A model generated the notes under the pieces. It saw nothing but the letters and a program-made list of their open reading frames with translations, was not told the DNA's origin and did not search any database. Shown here piece by piece: positions 1-10,552 of a stretch of 64,000 bases of DNA (positions are counted from its first letter, which is position 1; each line of letters begins with the position of its first letter). The position numbers were made by a program, and so were the translations under genes. Origin of the DNA: a bacterium (GTDB lineage: Bacteria; Zhuqueibacterota; Zhuqueibacteria; Residuimicrobiales; Krinioviventaceae); the NCBI GenBank assembly GCA_963675755.2, contig CAXXMD010000002.1, positions 192,001 through 256,000 on the forward strand, written 5' to 3'.

Positions 1-945
1 GGTGGTGGAAATTTTGCTTTCAATAAAGTATTGAATGGCCATTTTAATGACTGTCTCATCATAGATGCACGTTGGGAAGGTGATGTTGAGCCTACTGATC
101 CTGCTGCCGCATTGGCTGACAGTCTGGAAACAGATATCATTTCTATTGACTCATTAAATGCTCCTGATCTGATGTCTGAAGGTGAACGTGCATTTCAGCT
201 CAAAAATAATATTTATGGATGGACACCTGAAGTTACAGCGTTTATCGCAGGCATAGATTCACTGCAAAAAGCAGTTTTGTTTAATGTTCGCGCACAACGT
301 TATTTTGACTTGTTTGATGGTTTTGTAGAAGAAAATAATGTTGAAGATGCTGTTGTATTTAGTGATGCTCCGGATCCAGCGAATGTTATTACTTTTGCTC
401 AATATCGTATTGATACTGGTTTCAGTGATGAGAATAATCCTGATCCAAGAGCTGACCGAAATGGAATGGCAGCATTATCTGAAGATCCTGAAAGTATCGG
501 ACCCGCTCCGGATGAATATGATTTTGATTACAATACCGATGCTCAAGCTTATACACATGCTGCAGGTGGATTCCCTGTTGGTGATTTAAACTGGTTCCCG
601 GATAAAAAAGCTGAATGGGAAACCTGGATTACAACAGATATCACAGATAATAATGCTACCCCGTCAACATTTAGCATGAAACAGAATTATCCCAATCCAT
701 TTAATCCTACAACTACAATTGATTTCGCTTTGAATAAATCTTCTCAAGTTGAATTGATCGTCTATAATGCATTGGGACAAAAAATTAGAACATTAATGAA
801 TGGAAAAATCCAGGCTGCGGGTACCCATAGTGTAAATTGGGATGGTCGCAATGATAATGGAATCAAGGTTGCCAGTGGTATTTACATGTATCAGATCAAA
901 GCTGGTGATCAGGTTGAAACGAAAAAAATGGTTTTAATGAAATAA
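1..945 (+). CDS. Secreted protein with C-terminal T9SS type A / FlgD-Ig sorting domain (5'-truncated by window edge)
   Basis: Frame is open from base 1. C-terminus QNYPNPFNPTT...WDGRNDNG...SGIYMY...KKMVLMK, preceded by GGFPVGDLNWFP. Acidic composition. Confidence 0.85.
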   Translation, partial: GGGNFAFNKVLNGHFNDCLIIDARWEGDVEPTDPAAALADSLETDIISIDSLNAPDLMSEGERAFQLKNNIYGWTPEVTAFIAGIDSLQKAVLFNVRAQRYFDLFDGFVEENNVEDAVVFSDAPDPANVITFAQYRIDTGFSDENNPDPRADRNGMAALSEDPESIGPAPDEYDFDYNTDAQAYTHAAGGFPVGDLNWFPDKKAEWETWITTDITDNNATPSTFSMKQNYPNPFNPTTTIDFALNKSSQVELIVYNALGQKIRTLMNGKIQAAGTHSVNWDGRNDNGIKVASGIYMYQIKAGDQVETKKMVLMK

Positions 946-998
946 TTCAGTTTACCGGTTTGGACGTTTTTTTCTAAAACCGGATTGGATAATCTTTC

Positions 999-1036
999 AG
1001 GTTGCAGCAGGTAGAATGCAAAGCCTGCTGCAACCT
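999..1036 (+). terminator. Stem-loop (terminator or mRNA-stabilising hairpin)
   Basis: Perfect 13-bp inverted repeat AGGTTGCAGCAGG / CCTGCTGCAACCT downstream of the stop; no strong U-tract. Confidence 0.6.
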
Positions 1037-1079
1037 ATTGATAAAAATGATTCCTGGATTTTCATGAAAGGACCTAAAC

Positions 1080-1880
1080 ATGAAACATATTCTTATGTTT
1101 TTGCTCGTGTTTATTTTATCATCTGTTGGGAATTTGATTGCCCAGGAGGATAATGATATATCTTTACATCTGTTTGGTACGTTCTCACTTCCTACAGGTG
1201 ATTACGGTAAAGATATTACCGATAATTCAATTCCCACTCGTCGCTTTGGATTCAATATCGGTGATGATATCGGTTTGGCAACAACAGGTTTTGGCGCAGG
1301 TGCTGAATTAACATCAGCAGTGTGGTTTAAGGGACTGCAATGGATGTTTAGTGTTAATTATATACTCAATCCTGCAGAGAATTCAGCTCTGGAACCGGTT
1401 TATAATGACTTGCTTTCAGACACTACAAAAAGTGTTTCTGTTGATTTTGAATTAGGGAAATGGATTAATATTCCGATATTTAGTGGTTTTCAGTACAATT
1501 ATAACATTTCTTCAGATTTTATGATTTATGGTATGCTACAGGGTGGAATGAATTTTTCAAGACGTCCTTCTCAAAAAGCAGTTGTTCAGATTGTTCCAAG
1601 TGAAGCAAGCACTGTAGTTGCTCGTTCAGATCTTGTTGCTGAAGATACCAGTTATGAATTTGCACGGGATTTTGGATTTGGTACAGGTATGGGTATTGTT
1701 TTTAAAGATCGTATTAATCTAGGTGTAAGATATTTTAATCTCAGCCAACCCAAGTATGAAGGTACCCGCCAATTATCTGAAAAAGTTTTCCCTGAAATAT
1801 ATGCCAGAGAAAATTATATCCTCGGTGAAGAGCGTTCTATCTCTATGTTATTGGTTACTCTTGGTATTGTATTATTCTAA
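1080..1880 (+). CDS. Outer-membrane beta-barrel protein
   Basis: Signal peptide, amphipathic Gly/aromatic strands, C-terminal LGIVLF; AAGGA RBS. Confidence 0.7.
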   Translation: MKHILMFLLVFILSSVGNLIAQEDNDISLHLFGTFSLPTGDYGKDITDNSIPTRRFGFNIGDDIGLATTGFGAGAELTSAVWFKGLQWMFSVNYILNPAENSALEPVYNDLLSDTTKSVSVDFELGKWINIPIFSGFQYNYNISSDFMIYGMLQGGMNFSRRPSQKAVVQIVPSEASTVVARSDLVAEDTSYEFARDFGFGTGMGIVFKDRINLGVRYFNLSQPKYEGTRQLSEKVFPEIYARENYILGEERSISMLLVTLGIVLF

Positions 1881-1889
1881 GTTGCCCAT

Positions 1890-2936
1890 ATGAAAAAAAA
1901 ATTGAATTTTTCAATCCCCATTTATTTGCTCTTTATGCTAATTTTGCTTCAATCATGTGAGCAAACAAATATTAAAAAACCGTTCAGAACAATTTCCAAA
2001 ATTGTATTTTTATCGAATCGGGATTCTGAGCCGAGACAATTTGATGTTTTTACTATGAACCTTGATGGAAGTGAACAAATCAACTTGACGCGTGATTTGA
2101 ATTCTATTCGAACCCATTCAAGGCCAATATTATCACCAGATCAACATAAATTGGTCTTTACAGCTTTTGAAGATTCTGGACCTGTTCTCAAGTTGTTTGA
2201 TTTGCAAGACAGTACATTTACTACATTGTGTTTGTTGACACATGTTGCACCTCATGCTGAATTTTCTCCTGATGGCAAAACTATTGTTTTTGTTCAAAAG
2301 GTTGATGACCGTCGACAGATTTATCAAATCAATTCCGATGGTACCGGTGAAAGGAATCTCTCAAATAATAATTTTGATGAATACAATCCTTCTTTTGCCA
2401 GTGATGGAAAACAAATAGTCTGTGTATCAAATCGTAATAATTCCTATTTAATAAACATTTTTAACCTTGAAACCTTGAAAGTAAATGAAATTAATGTGGA
2501 TTGCGGTATTCCAGCTAATCCTAAATTTTCTCAAGATATTTCAATGATTGTATTTTCTGCGGAGCAGAATAGAGTCTCAGATATTTATATTATGAAATCT
2601 AATGGTAAACATTTACAAAACTTGACCCTTGGTCGCTACCGTAATACATTTCCACAATTTACACCTGATGGCTCAAAACTTTTATTTTTATCTAATGAAC
2701 GAGGTATGAAATATCAGGATATTTGTATAATAGATGTTAAAGGAAGACAAATAACAAATCTAACCCGAGATTTGAATTATATTAATCAGCATTTTAATAT
2801 TACACCAGATGGCCGGTTTATTATTTTCGATTCTGTCAAGTTTAATGATTGTGAAATTTTTAAAGTTGAAATTAAATCAGGTGAATTGGTCAATCTCTCC
2901 AATCATCCCAAATGGGACCAGTCACCAAATATTTAA
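1890..2936 (+). CDS. TolB-like beta-propeller lipoprotein (PD40 repeats)
   Basis: Lipobox LLQSC; repeated motifs such as FSPDGKTIVF, FTPDGSKLLF and ITPDGRFIIF. Confidence 0.85.
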   Translation: MKKKLNFSIPIYLLFMLILLQSCEQTNIKKPFRTISKIVFLSNRDSEPRQFDVFTMNLDGSEQINLTRDLNSIRTHSRPILSPDQHKLVFTAFEDSGPVLKLFDLQDSTFTTLCLLTHVAPHAEFSPDGKTIVFVQKVDDRRQIYQINSDGTGERNLSNNNFDEYNPSFASDGKQIVCVSNRNNSYLINIFNLETLKVNEINVDCGIPANPKFSQDISMIVFSAEQNRVSDIYIMKSNGKHLQNLTLGRYRNTFPQFTPDGSKLLFLSNERGMKYQDICIIDVKGRQITNLTRDLNYINQHFNITPDGRFIIFDSVKFNDCEIFKVEIKSGELVNLSNHPKWDQSPNI

Positions 2937-3050
2937 AAATAAAATTAAAACAGAGGTGGTTTTGTAAAGTTGTTGATTGTTAATACCTCATGGTAAAAAA
3001 AAGTGTGAATCATTTTACTAAATTTACACTTATTGTAAATGGAGGTCCAA

Positions 3051-5945
3051 ATGAGATCTTGGCAAATACTTTTAGTGCTGGCAGTTTTGTTGTCTTTAAA
3101 TTTTACGGCTCTGGGGGCAACTGGTCAAATTCAGGGGAAAATAACTGATCAGGTTACAGGAGATCCCTTGCCAGGCGCAAACATTATTCTTGAAGGAACT
3201 GCTATTGGTGCCGCTACGGATTCCAAAGGTGAATATAAAGTTTTAAAGATCCCACCAGGTAATTTCAACCTCAAAGTTACTTTTATTGGCTATAAAACAG
3301 CTACTTATGCGGTAAATGTAACTGCAGGAAGAACTGTTACAGTAAATTTAGATCTAGTTTATGATGTAGTAGAAGGAGAAACTGTTACTATCACTGCTCA
3401 GGCTGAAGGTCAAATTGCAGCAATTAACCAACAATTAAGATCCAATACCATCAAGAATGTTGTATCTGCAGAACGAATCATGGAATTGCCGGATGCGAAT
3501 GCAGCAGAATCGGTTGGACGATTACCCGGTGTTTCAATAAAGCGTAGTGGTGGAGAAGGGAATAGAGTTGTTATTCGTGGACTTTCACCAACATATAATA
3601 CCATTACCATTGGGGGTGAAAAAATACCCGCAACAGACCTTGATGATAGAAGCGTTGACCTGAATATGATTTCTCCTGAAATACTTGGCGGTATTGAGGT
3701 AACCAAAGCCCTTACACCAGATATGGATGCTGATGCTTTTGGTGGTACAGTTAATTTTAAACTTGCTGATGCTCCATCAGGTTTTCAAAGTAAATTCAGA
3801 TTTCAGGAAGGTTACAATCAACATCGTGATCAATTTGGCTTGTACAAAGGGAGTTTAACTCTCAGTAACCGTTATCTTGAAGATAAATTTGGAATTATGA
3901 TTACGGGAAACATGGAAAAAGCGCAAAGAGGTTCAGATCAGTTTAATGCAAGTTATTCAATTGTGCGTGAAAAACGAGAAGGCGAAGAGTTTGCTCCCGT
4001 AACTGTTGGAAGTGTGAATTTGGAATATTCTGATGAAATCCGTGAAAGAATGGGTTTTAGTGTATTATCTGATTATCGTTTAAAGAATGGTAAAATTTTA
4101 TTTTCAAATTTCTTTAGTCGTCTTGACCGTGATGAATATATTACAAGCAGCGATTATTCTGTGGAAAGCAATGCTCATGATTATAATTTCTCTGATTTGC
4201 AGCGCCAAATTGATGTGATGACCAACTCTCTTTCCGGAGAGCATAGCCTTTATTTTGGTACTGTTGATTGGAAAGTGTCAAGAACTTCATCTTCAACCCG
4301 TCACCCTTTTAATAATGAAATTGGAATGAAAGAGTTGAGTGCTTTTGATCAATCTCTTTTGTCACAATTCAATACTGCCGATGATTTAATTGCATCTGCG
4401 GTAAATAATTTGGATAATACTTTTCTTTACACAGGTCACTTTAGGCAGGAAAAATCATGGGAACGGGATTATAATACTCAGATAAATCTTGAAATTCCAT
4501 ATACATTAACGAACAAGATGGCTGGTTATATTAAAATGGGATTCAAGTATACTGACAAGGAAAAGAATCGTGACCGTTTTCATATGAACCATAGATTAGA
4601 TGAATGGCATGATGCTTATATTCGTTATCATACTCAATATAACGATCCCAATTTTGAATTTCAAAAAATCGCAGGTACTGGTTATGCGTCTATCCGAAAT
4701 TATATTGACGAATCAGTTGATATAAGTGATTTTTTGGATGGACAATATGATTTGGGTGTAGCTCTTGATAGAGATGAACTCAATAATTTATTTAACAGAT
4801 ATTTATTGGATTCCCTTTATATCTACTCTTCACTTGAAGAGTTGGACGATTATGAAACAAGTGAAGAAACCGCAGCCGGTTATATTATGAGCGAAATTAA
4901 TTTTGGGCGTTTTTTCATGCTGTTGCCGGGTGTTCGTTTTGAAAAGACATCAAATGATATGACGGGACGTATTGGTAGTGTACCTTCAGATCATATAGAA
5001 CCGGAACTTGATAGCCCTTATGTTGCAGATACTACGGCGACTGCATCTTATAAAAACTGGTTTCCAATGATTCATGCGCGGGTAAGACCCACTAACTGGT
5101 TTGATATTAGATTGGCTTATACGGAATCAATATCTAAACCTCGTCTTGACTGGATGCTGCCAAAGAAAAAAGTTAGAGGAAATCGTCAATCTGTCGAGTA
5201 CGGCAGCCCCAATCTGAATCCGCAGCTTGCAACCAACTATGACGTATTTTTGTCATTTTACGGCAATCGACTTGGATTGTTAACGCTGGGTGGATTTTAT
5301 AAAGAGATAAAAGATCTGATCTTTAAGCGAAATGGACACAAAATATTAGATGCTGAAGGTGAAGGTTATCCACAAAATTTACAAGGATTCTGGCTTGATC
5401 AGCCCGAAAATAATCCGTATACAACAGAAGTAAAGGGATTTGAAGTTGAATGGCAAACCAATTTTAATTGGTTACCAAAGCCATTTGATGGTTTTGTGAT
5501 CAATGCAAATTATACGCATTTGAATTCAGATACCCGGTTCCCACGTTCTTTTGTAGTTTCTGAAAAAATCCCGGTATTTCCTTTTGTCAAAACAACTGCT
5601 ATTGATACTTTTCGTGTAGGTAATATGCCAGACCAGGCAGATGACATTGCCAACCTTGCAATCGGCTATGATAAAGGCCCGTTTTCTGCAAGATTATCCA
5701 TGTTGTACCAGGGTAAAACCTTGACATCTGTTGGAGAAAGACCTGAACAAGATGGTTATACGGCAGATTTACTCAGATGGGATATGTCTGTTAAATACAG
5801 AGTGAACAGACAAATGGGTCTCTTTTTTAATTTTGCCAATATTACCAACGAACCTGACGAGTCGTTTATGCTTGATCAAAAGTATCTAACAGCACGAGAA
5901 TTTTATGGCTGGACCCTTGATGTAGGTATAGGATACGAATTCTGA
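3051..5945 (+). CDS. TonB-dependent receptor with N-terminal carboxypeptidase-regulatory-like domain
   Basis: GDPLPGANI...GAATD N-domain, plug region (PDANAAESVGRLPGVS, IEVTKALTPDMDAD), C-terminal IGYEF. GGAGG at 3041 favours the ATG at 3051. Confidence 0.95.
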   Translation: MRSWQILLVLAVLLSLNFTALGATGQIQGKITDQVTGDPLPGANIILEGTAIGAATDSKGEYKVLKIPPGNFNLKVTFIGYKTATYAVNVTAGRTVTVNLDLVYDVVEGETVTITAQAEGQIAAINQQLRSNTIKNVVSAERIMELPDANAAESVGRLPGVSIKRSGGEGNRVVIRGLSPTYNTITIGGEKIPATDLDDRSVDLNMISPEILGGIEVTKALTPDMDADAFGGTVNFKLADAPSGFQSKFRFQEGYNQHRDQFGLYKGSLTLSNRYLEDKFGIMITGNMEKAQRGSDQFNASYSIVREKREGEEFAPVTVGSVNLEYSDEIRERMGFSVLSDYRLKNGKILFSNFFSRLDRDEYITSSDYSVESNAHDYNFSDLQRQIDVMTNSLSGEHSLYFGTVDWKVSRTSSSTRHPFNNEIGMKELSAFDQSLLSQFNTADDLIASAVNNLDNTFLYTGHFRQEKSWERDYNTQINLEIPYTLTNKMAGYIKMGFKYTDKEKNRDRFHMNHRLDEWHDAYIRYHTQYNDPNFEFQKIAGTGYASIRNYIDESVDISDFLDGQYDLGVALDRDELNNLFNRYLLDSLYIYSSLEELDDYETSEETAAGYIMSEINFGRFFMLLPGVRFEKTSNDMTGRIGSVPSDHIEPELDSPYVADTTATASYKNWFPMIHARVRPTNWFDIRLAYTESISKPRLDWMLPKKKVRGNRQSVEYGSPNLNPQLATNYDVFLSFYGNRLGLLTLGGFYKEIKDLIFKRNGHKILDAEGEGYPQNLQGFWLDQPENNPYTTEVKGFEVEWQTNFNWLPKPFDGFVINANYTHLNSDTRFPRSFVVSEKIPVFPFVKTTAIDTFRVGNMPDQADDIANLAIGYDKGPFSARLSMLYQGKTLTSVGERPEQDGYTADLLRWDMSVKYRVNRQMGLFFNFANITNEPDESFMLDQKYLTAREFYGWTLDVGIGYEF

Positions 5946-5954
5946 TTTTAAACC

Positions 5955-5989
5955 AGCAATTCAGGAGAATTCTGTTCTCCTGAATTGCT
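5955..5989 (+). terminator. Stem-loop after TBDR gene
   Basis: Perfect 15-bp inverted repeat AGCAATTCAGGAGAA / TTCTCCTGAATTGCT with a 5-nt loop. Confidence 0.7.
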
Positions 5990-6412
5990 AAAGAATTCTG
6001 AATCATTAAGAGAGACTTGCAGTATTGATCAAAAATTAATTTACAATAACAAGATTTGATTTCGCTACTGACCAGAGATTATAGAATGTTTTATTTTAAA
6101 CGTCAAATCATTCAAATAAAACAACCCGATAAAACAATAATAGATTTAGAGACAGTAATCTTTTATTTAAAAAGTATATTGTTGATTTACAAAAGTAATT
6201 CATATTTATTTAACCCCATACCATCGTTAACCTCCATTGATAGCTCTGTAAATGTATCCCTTTTAGATTATTTGAAAAAAAATTATAAATAAAGGTGCAA
6301 TTCTACCAATGGTTCGTTGCTTTTTGATTGCCTAATTAGAGTGTTTAAATTTAAAGGTATAATCGTTTTGAGCTTGAATAATATATCTAATTCTGAACTA
6401 TAAGGCATTACT

Positions 6413-8968
6413 ATGACACAGGTATTCAAGATGTTGAAAATCCGGATTGATAAAATGTCTAATCATTTAAAAAATACTAGTATTGTTTTGAGAATTTTTG
6501 TTCTCTTTTTTTCAATTTTGGGATTATATCATGAGGCTTTTTCTTTAGATCATCCACATATGATTGTGCAAAAACAGGATTTTTCATCTATGGAGGAAAA
6601 GCAAAAAGAGTGGCCCTGGTCTGTTATGAAAGAAAAGGCAATAACTACTGCCAAAAGTATGAATTATAATTCCACCTGGACGCTGGATAAAAAGTGTACC
6701 CGAATACATGAAATGGCCAGTGCTATTGCCCTGGCTTTTATTTTAGATCAGGAATCACGATCAGTTTATATAAACAAAGTTGAATCACAAATTGCCGAGG
6801 GGATCCATTCTATTCGCCTTTTAAAAGGTACAGGTACTGATCATGGTTATAATGTTGCTCCGGCACATGCGGCTTTTATGGTCTACCTGCTACTTGATAT
6901 CATGTATGATGATCTGTCTTTGGATGTACGACAATCCATGGAAGACGATTGTGATTATATTGCATCAAATCATGTTCATTCATGGTTTGCCAGTGAATAT
7001 TCAATAAAAGGCATGATGGAGTTGTATCATAATGGAAATACGGTCTCCTTTAAAGCATGGAAGGATTTATACAAAAATCATATTCTGGATTTAACCAGTT
7101 CAGATGGTGTATATTCTGCCGGACCGGGATATTCAAAGAGTCGCCTTTTTATGGATAACAGAATGCAAAAGAAAATATTTATGGATATATGCGAATATCA
7201 AGGATATAATGAATTTTTTAATAATCCCAAATTGCAGTTGTTGTATGAATGGGTTATGGGTTATTTAGTGACACCCTTTAACAGATCCTATACGTTTGGT
7301 GATACTCCACCAACCAAGGATTTGGATTACTGGACGGTTGCAGCTTTGCGAGTTCAAAAGTTTTCAGAAAATGCTGCTTCATATGCATTGTGGAGAATGG
7401 GACCTCTGGATGATGATAACATTATCGGTGGGCTGTTACATTTTTTACTTTGCGATTCATTGCCCGTTCAGCCCACAAGACCCAGGAGTAAAATTTTTGA
7501 TAACGGTGGTGCATGGTTAAGAGAAGATTCAGAATCCAAATATTCACTTGCTGCTGTTTTATGGAATATCAATACAATTAAAGATAGTCACAGACATTTT
7601 GATATTAATGCGATACATATTGCCGGATACGGAGCTCACATTCTTCGTAATTCCGGGTATGATGGTTCCGGCATGCCTGATCCCGTTACCTGGGATTGGA
7701 TAAAATATACCGCCGAGTCATCAAATACTTTAATGATGAACGACAAGAATCATGCAATGATTCAAGGGGGTGGTATAGATGAAGGATTAATAGGGGGTAA
7801 CTTTGAATATGCATGTGGTAATTCAGGTTCTGTACTACCTTTGGGTACTCATCATAGAAATATGATATTTGTAAGACCTGTAAATGATAAAGTAAACGGA
7901 TATTTTATTTTTATAGACCAATTGCGTACCATCTTTCAATGGGATGCTAACGCATTAGTAAATATAGCCTGGCACCCTAATTCTTTTCATTCTCCAGATG
8001 TTACTGAAAACAACAATAGATTCAGTTGGCAAATTGATGGATGTGACTATGGTGGTGAAGGAGTTGGTGTTTCAATTCATACTGTAACACCAACCATTGA
8101 TTGGGAAATTCGCGATGGATACTTGGCATCATATAGTGATTGCAGCCGTTTTACTGGCAAATATCTTTATAATAGTTATCAGTGCAGTAATAACCTGGCT
8201 GATATTATGACAATTATTTTTCCGTTTGATGTTAACCATACAGTTGCACAAATGAAATCGTTAGAAATAAATGGGGGAGAGGGTTGTGAAATTTCCCATG
8301 ATGACTCTATAATTGATTATGCACTTGTGTCTCGTGATTCAAGTGTCTGTTTTGAAAGTGTTTCGTTTGCAGGAACTGGGGTTGTGTGGCGTGAGAATAA
8401 TGGATCTTTGAGTAATCTATTAGCAATCAAAAGTACAGAGTTTTTTGATAATGATTCAGAAATTGGTTTTAAATGCGATTCTGAAATATCCATTCAATTG
8501 GATGGCAATACAGGTAAACTGATTTCAAAAGGCGGGGACATAACTTTTTTTCAGCGTGGTATTGAGCAAATAAAAAGTGATGGAATGGCATTACCTGTTT
8601 TGGCATCAGGTGACAATTGGATGACTGTTGCTGTTGATTCCGGGCAACATGATATTGTTCTGGAAATTGCCCCAACTCATGTTGATGATTTAACAATTAT
8701 GACGAGTACTTCCAATGAACTGCTTCAAAATTATCCCAATCCATTTAACAACTCTACTGTTATTAGTTTTAGTATTGAAACTCCTGAATTTGTTGATTTA
8801 TCAATTTTTAATATCAATGGCCAGTTGGTAAATCAATTGGTCAAAGCGTATAAAACTGCCGGCAGTTATCGGGTAAAATGGGATGCTCAAGGTTTATCGC
8901 GAGGTATATATTTCGTCCGGATTACCACTGGCGAGTTTAAACAGGTGAAAAAAATTATTTTACAATAG
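6413..8968 (+). CDS. Heparinase II/III-like polysaccharide lyase with C-terminal sorting domain
   Basis: Helical N-half, FGDT motif, HRHFD...ILRNSGY and TAESSNTL motifs of the Hepar_II_III beta-sandwich, QNYPNPFN C-domain. True start may be the ATG at 6455. Confidence 0.7.
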   Translation: MTQVFKMLKIRIDKMSNHLKNTSIVLRIFVLFFSILGLYHEAFSLDHPHMIVQKQDFSSMEEKQKEWPWSVMKEKAITTAKSMNYNSTWTLDKKCTRIHEMASAIALAFILDQESRSVYINKVESQIAEGIHSIRLLKGTGTDHGYNVAPAHAAFMVYLLLDIMYDDLSLDVRQSMEDDCDYIASNHVHSWFASEYSIKGMMELYHNGNTVSFKAWKDLYKNHILDLTSSDGVYSAGPGYSKSRLFMDNRMQKKIFMDICEYQGYNEFFNNPKLQLLYEWVMGYLVTPFNRSYTFGDTPPTKDLDYWTVAALRVQKFSENAASYALWRMGPLDDDNIIGGLLHFLLCDSLPVQPTRPRSKIFDNGGAWLREDSESKYSLAAVLWNINTIKDSHRHFDINAIHIAGYGAHILRNSGYDGSGMPDPVTWDWIKYTAESSNTLMMNDKNHAMIQGGGIDEGLIGGNFEYACGNSGSVLPLGTHHRNMIFVRPVNDKVNGYFIFIDQLRTIFQWDANALVNIAWHPNSFHSPDVTENNNRFSWQIDGCDYGGEGVGVSIHTVTPTIDWEIRDGYLASYSDCSRFTGKYLYNSYQCSNNLADIMTIIFPFDVNHTVAQMKSLEINGGEGCEISHDDSIIDYALVSRDSSVCFESVSFAGTGVVWRENNGSLSNLLAIKSTEFFDNDSEIGFKCDSEISIQLDGNTGKLISKGGDITFFQRGIEQIKSDGMALPVLASGDNWMTVAVDSGQHDIVLEIAPTHVDDLTIMTSTSNELLQNYPNPFNNSTVISFSIETPEFVDLSIFNINGQLVNQLVKAYKTAGSYRVKWDAQGLSRGIYFVRITTGEFKQVKKIILQ

Positions 8969-9075
8969 TACATTTTTTATTTATTGGTTTGCTATACAAA
9001 AGAAGCGAGTGACCAATAGAATTTTTCCATCACTTTTTAAAAATTACAGATTTATTGGACTATAACGAGCAGGAC

Positions 9076-10503
9076 ATGAAAGCTGGTTTTTTATTAAAAA
9101 ACAATACACATGTATTTATATTTTTACTGATTTCGTTCATTTTGAGTTTTTTACAAAATGGGTATACAGAAATTATTCAAACCATATATATATCGCAACA
9201 GGACGGAACGGATATTGATAATTTGGGTGACGATGTCAGTAAACCCATACGTACTTTAGCAAGAGCAAGGGTCATTGCATTATCAAATTGGAGAAATGTA
9301 GATGGTTTTGAGATCCTGTTCAAGGGTGGCGAACAGTTTGACGAGTTTTTACCCATTACAAATCAGGTTTTAAAAGATTATGATCCCTTACGAAACTCAT
9401 TTGCATTCGTCTGGGATATTGACAGGTCTTTAAAAATTTCCACTTTTGGATCTCTTGAAAAGGCCATCCTGTATTCAAACAAATATACACATGAGGGAGG
9501 TCCTCAGGCTGCTATTGCCGTTACCACTCCCAGTACACAGAATGTAATCATAGAAAATTTACATTTCAAACATTGGCAGGTTTGTGCTTTTTTTGCGTAC
9601 AAGACCCGTAATATTCAATTTCTAAATAATATCGTTGAAGAAATTGGGACCCTCTATTTTCCTGATGAAAAAACAGCGGGCATTTATGGAGCGGGTGCCA
9701 TATATCCCAAAAATTCTTCCAATGTATTCATTCAAGGGAACTATATCCGCAATATTCATAATCAATTTGATATGCTCGACAAGATGCATGTTTTTTATTT
9801 GACCCGGTTGAACAACTCTGAAATCTGTGATAATATTATTATAAACGCGAGCGGACCTCCGTTAAAATTTCGCCGTAGTCAGACAAATAATGTGTATGTG
9901 CATGATAATGAATTCTACTATACAGGTCCCTCACAATCCTTAAATCAGGTTCAGGAAGGTTGGGTGAGATACAGCGGAGATGCTGATGATGGCTGCCCTT
10001 ATGCAATAGTCTTAGAACACAATCTTTTTTATTATCCCTATTGTTGGGAAAACACTCAAGAATGTGATAATGCGTTAGCTGTAAAATACAGTATAAGCAA
10101 TACAAGTGTATGCGGAGTAGATGCTTGTGAGGATGAGGAAAAGGTAAAGTGGATTGATAATGACTATCGTTATGAATGGGAGCCATATACTGTACCCGAT
10201 ATTCCAACCCGTGTTGAAAGAACAATAGTAAAAAAAATAGAAACATTTGAGTTGTTTGGTAACTATCCCAATCCATTTAATCCGGTGACTGAGATCTGTT
10301 TCCGAATACCAACTCGAAATCAAACCCGATTAACAATATACAATGAATTAGGTAAAGCAGTAAGGGTGCTAGTTAACAGAAGATTAGAATCCGGATTTCA
10401 TCGTTTCACTTTTGATGCCAGTGAATTACCCTCTGGAATTTATTTTTACCGCTTGCAAAGCGGAGAATTGCACAACACTAAAAAAATGGTTTTGATCAAG
10501 TAG
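9076..10503 (+). CDS. Right-handed beta-helix protein with C-terminal sorting domain
   Basis: YIS..G.D.N.G..SKPIRTL N-cap, Asn-rich beta-helix rungs, GNYPNPFNPVT C-domain; AGGA RBS before ATG 9076. Confidence 0.7.
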   Translation: MKAGFLLKNNTHVFIFLLISFILSFLQNGYTEIIQTIYISQQDGTDIDNLGDDVSKPIRTLARARVIALSNWRNVDGFEILFKGGEQFDEFLPITNQVLKDYDPLRNSFAFVWDIDRSLKISTFGSLEKAILYSNKYTHEGGPQAAIAVTTPSTQNVIIENLHFKHWQVCAFFAYKTRNIQFLNNIVEEIGTLYFPDEKTAGIYGAGAIYPKNSSNVFIQGNYIRNIHNQFDMLDKMHVFYLTRLNNSEICDNIIINASGPPLKFRRSQTNNVYVHDNEFYYTGPSQSLNQVQEGWVRYSGDADDGCPYAIVLEHNLFYYPYCWENTQECDNALAVKYSISNTSVCGVDACEDEEKVKWIDNDYRYEWEPYTVPDIPTRVERTIVKKIETFELFGNYPNPFNPVTEICFRIPTRNQTRLTIYNELGKAVRVLVNRRLESGFHRFTFDASELPSGIYFYRLQSGELHNTKKMVLIK

Positions 10504-10552
10504 GAAATCTATAAACAAGAGGATTTGATATGTTATTCTTTAAAAAATATAT

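Noticed and set aside
6056-6292. 78-aa ORF in the intergenic region
   Set aside because: TTG start, no RBS, very AT-rich and no recognisable motif; more likely promoter DNA.
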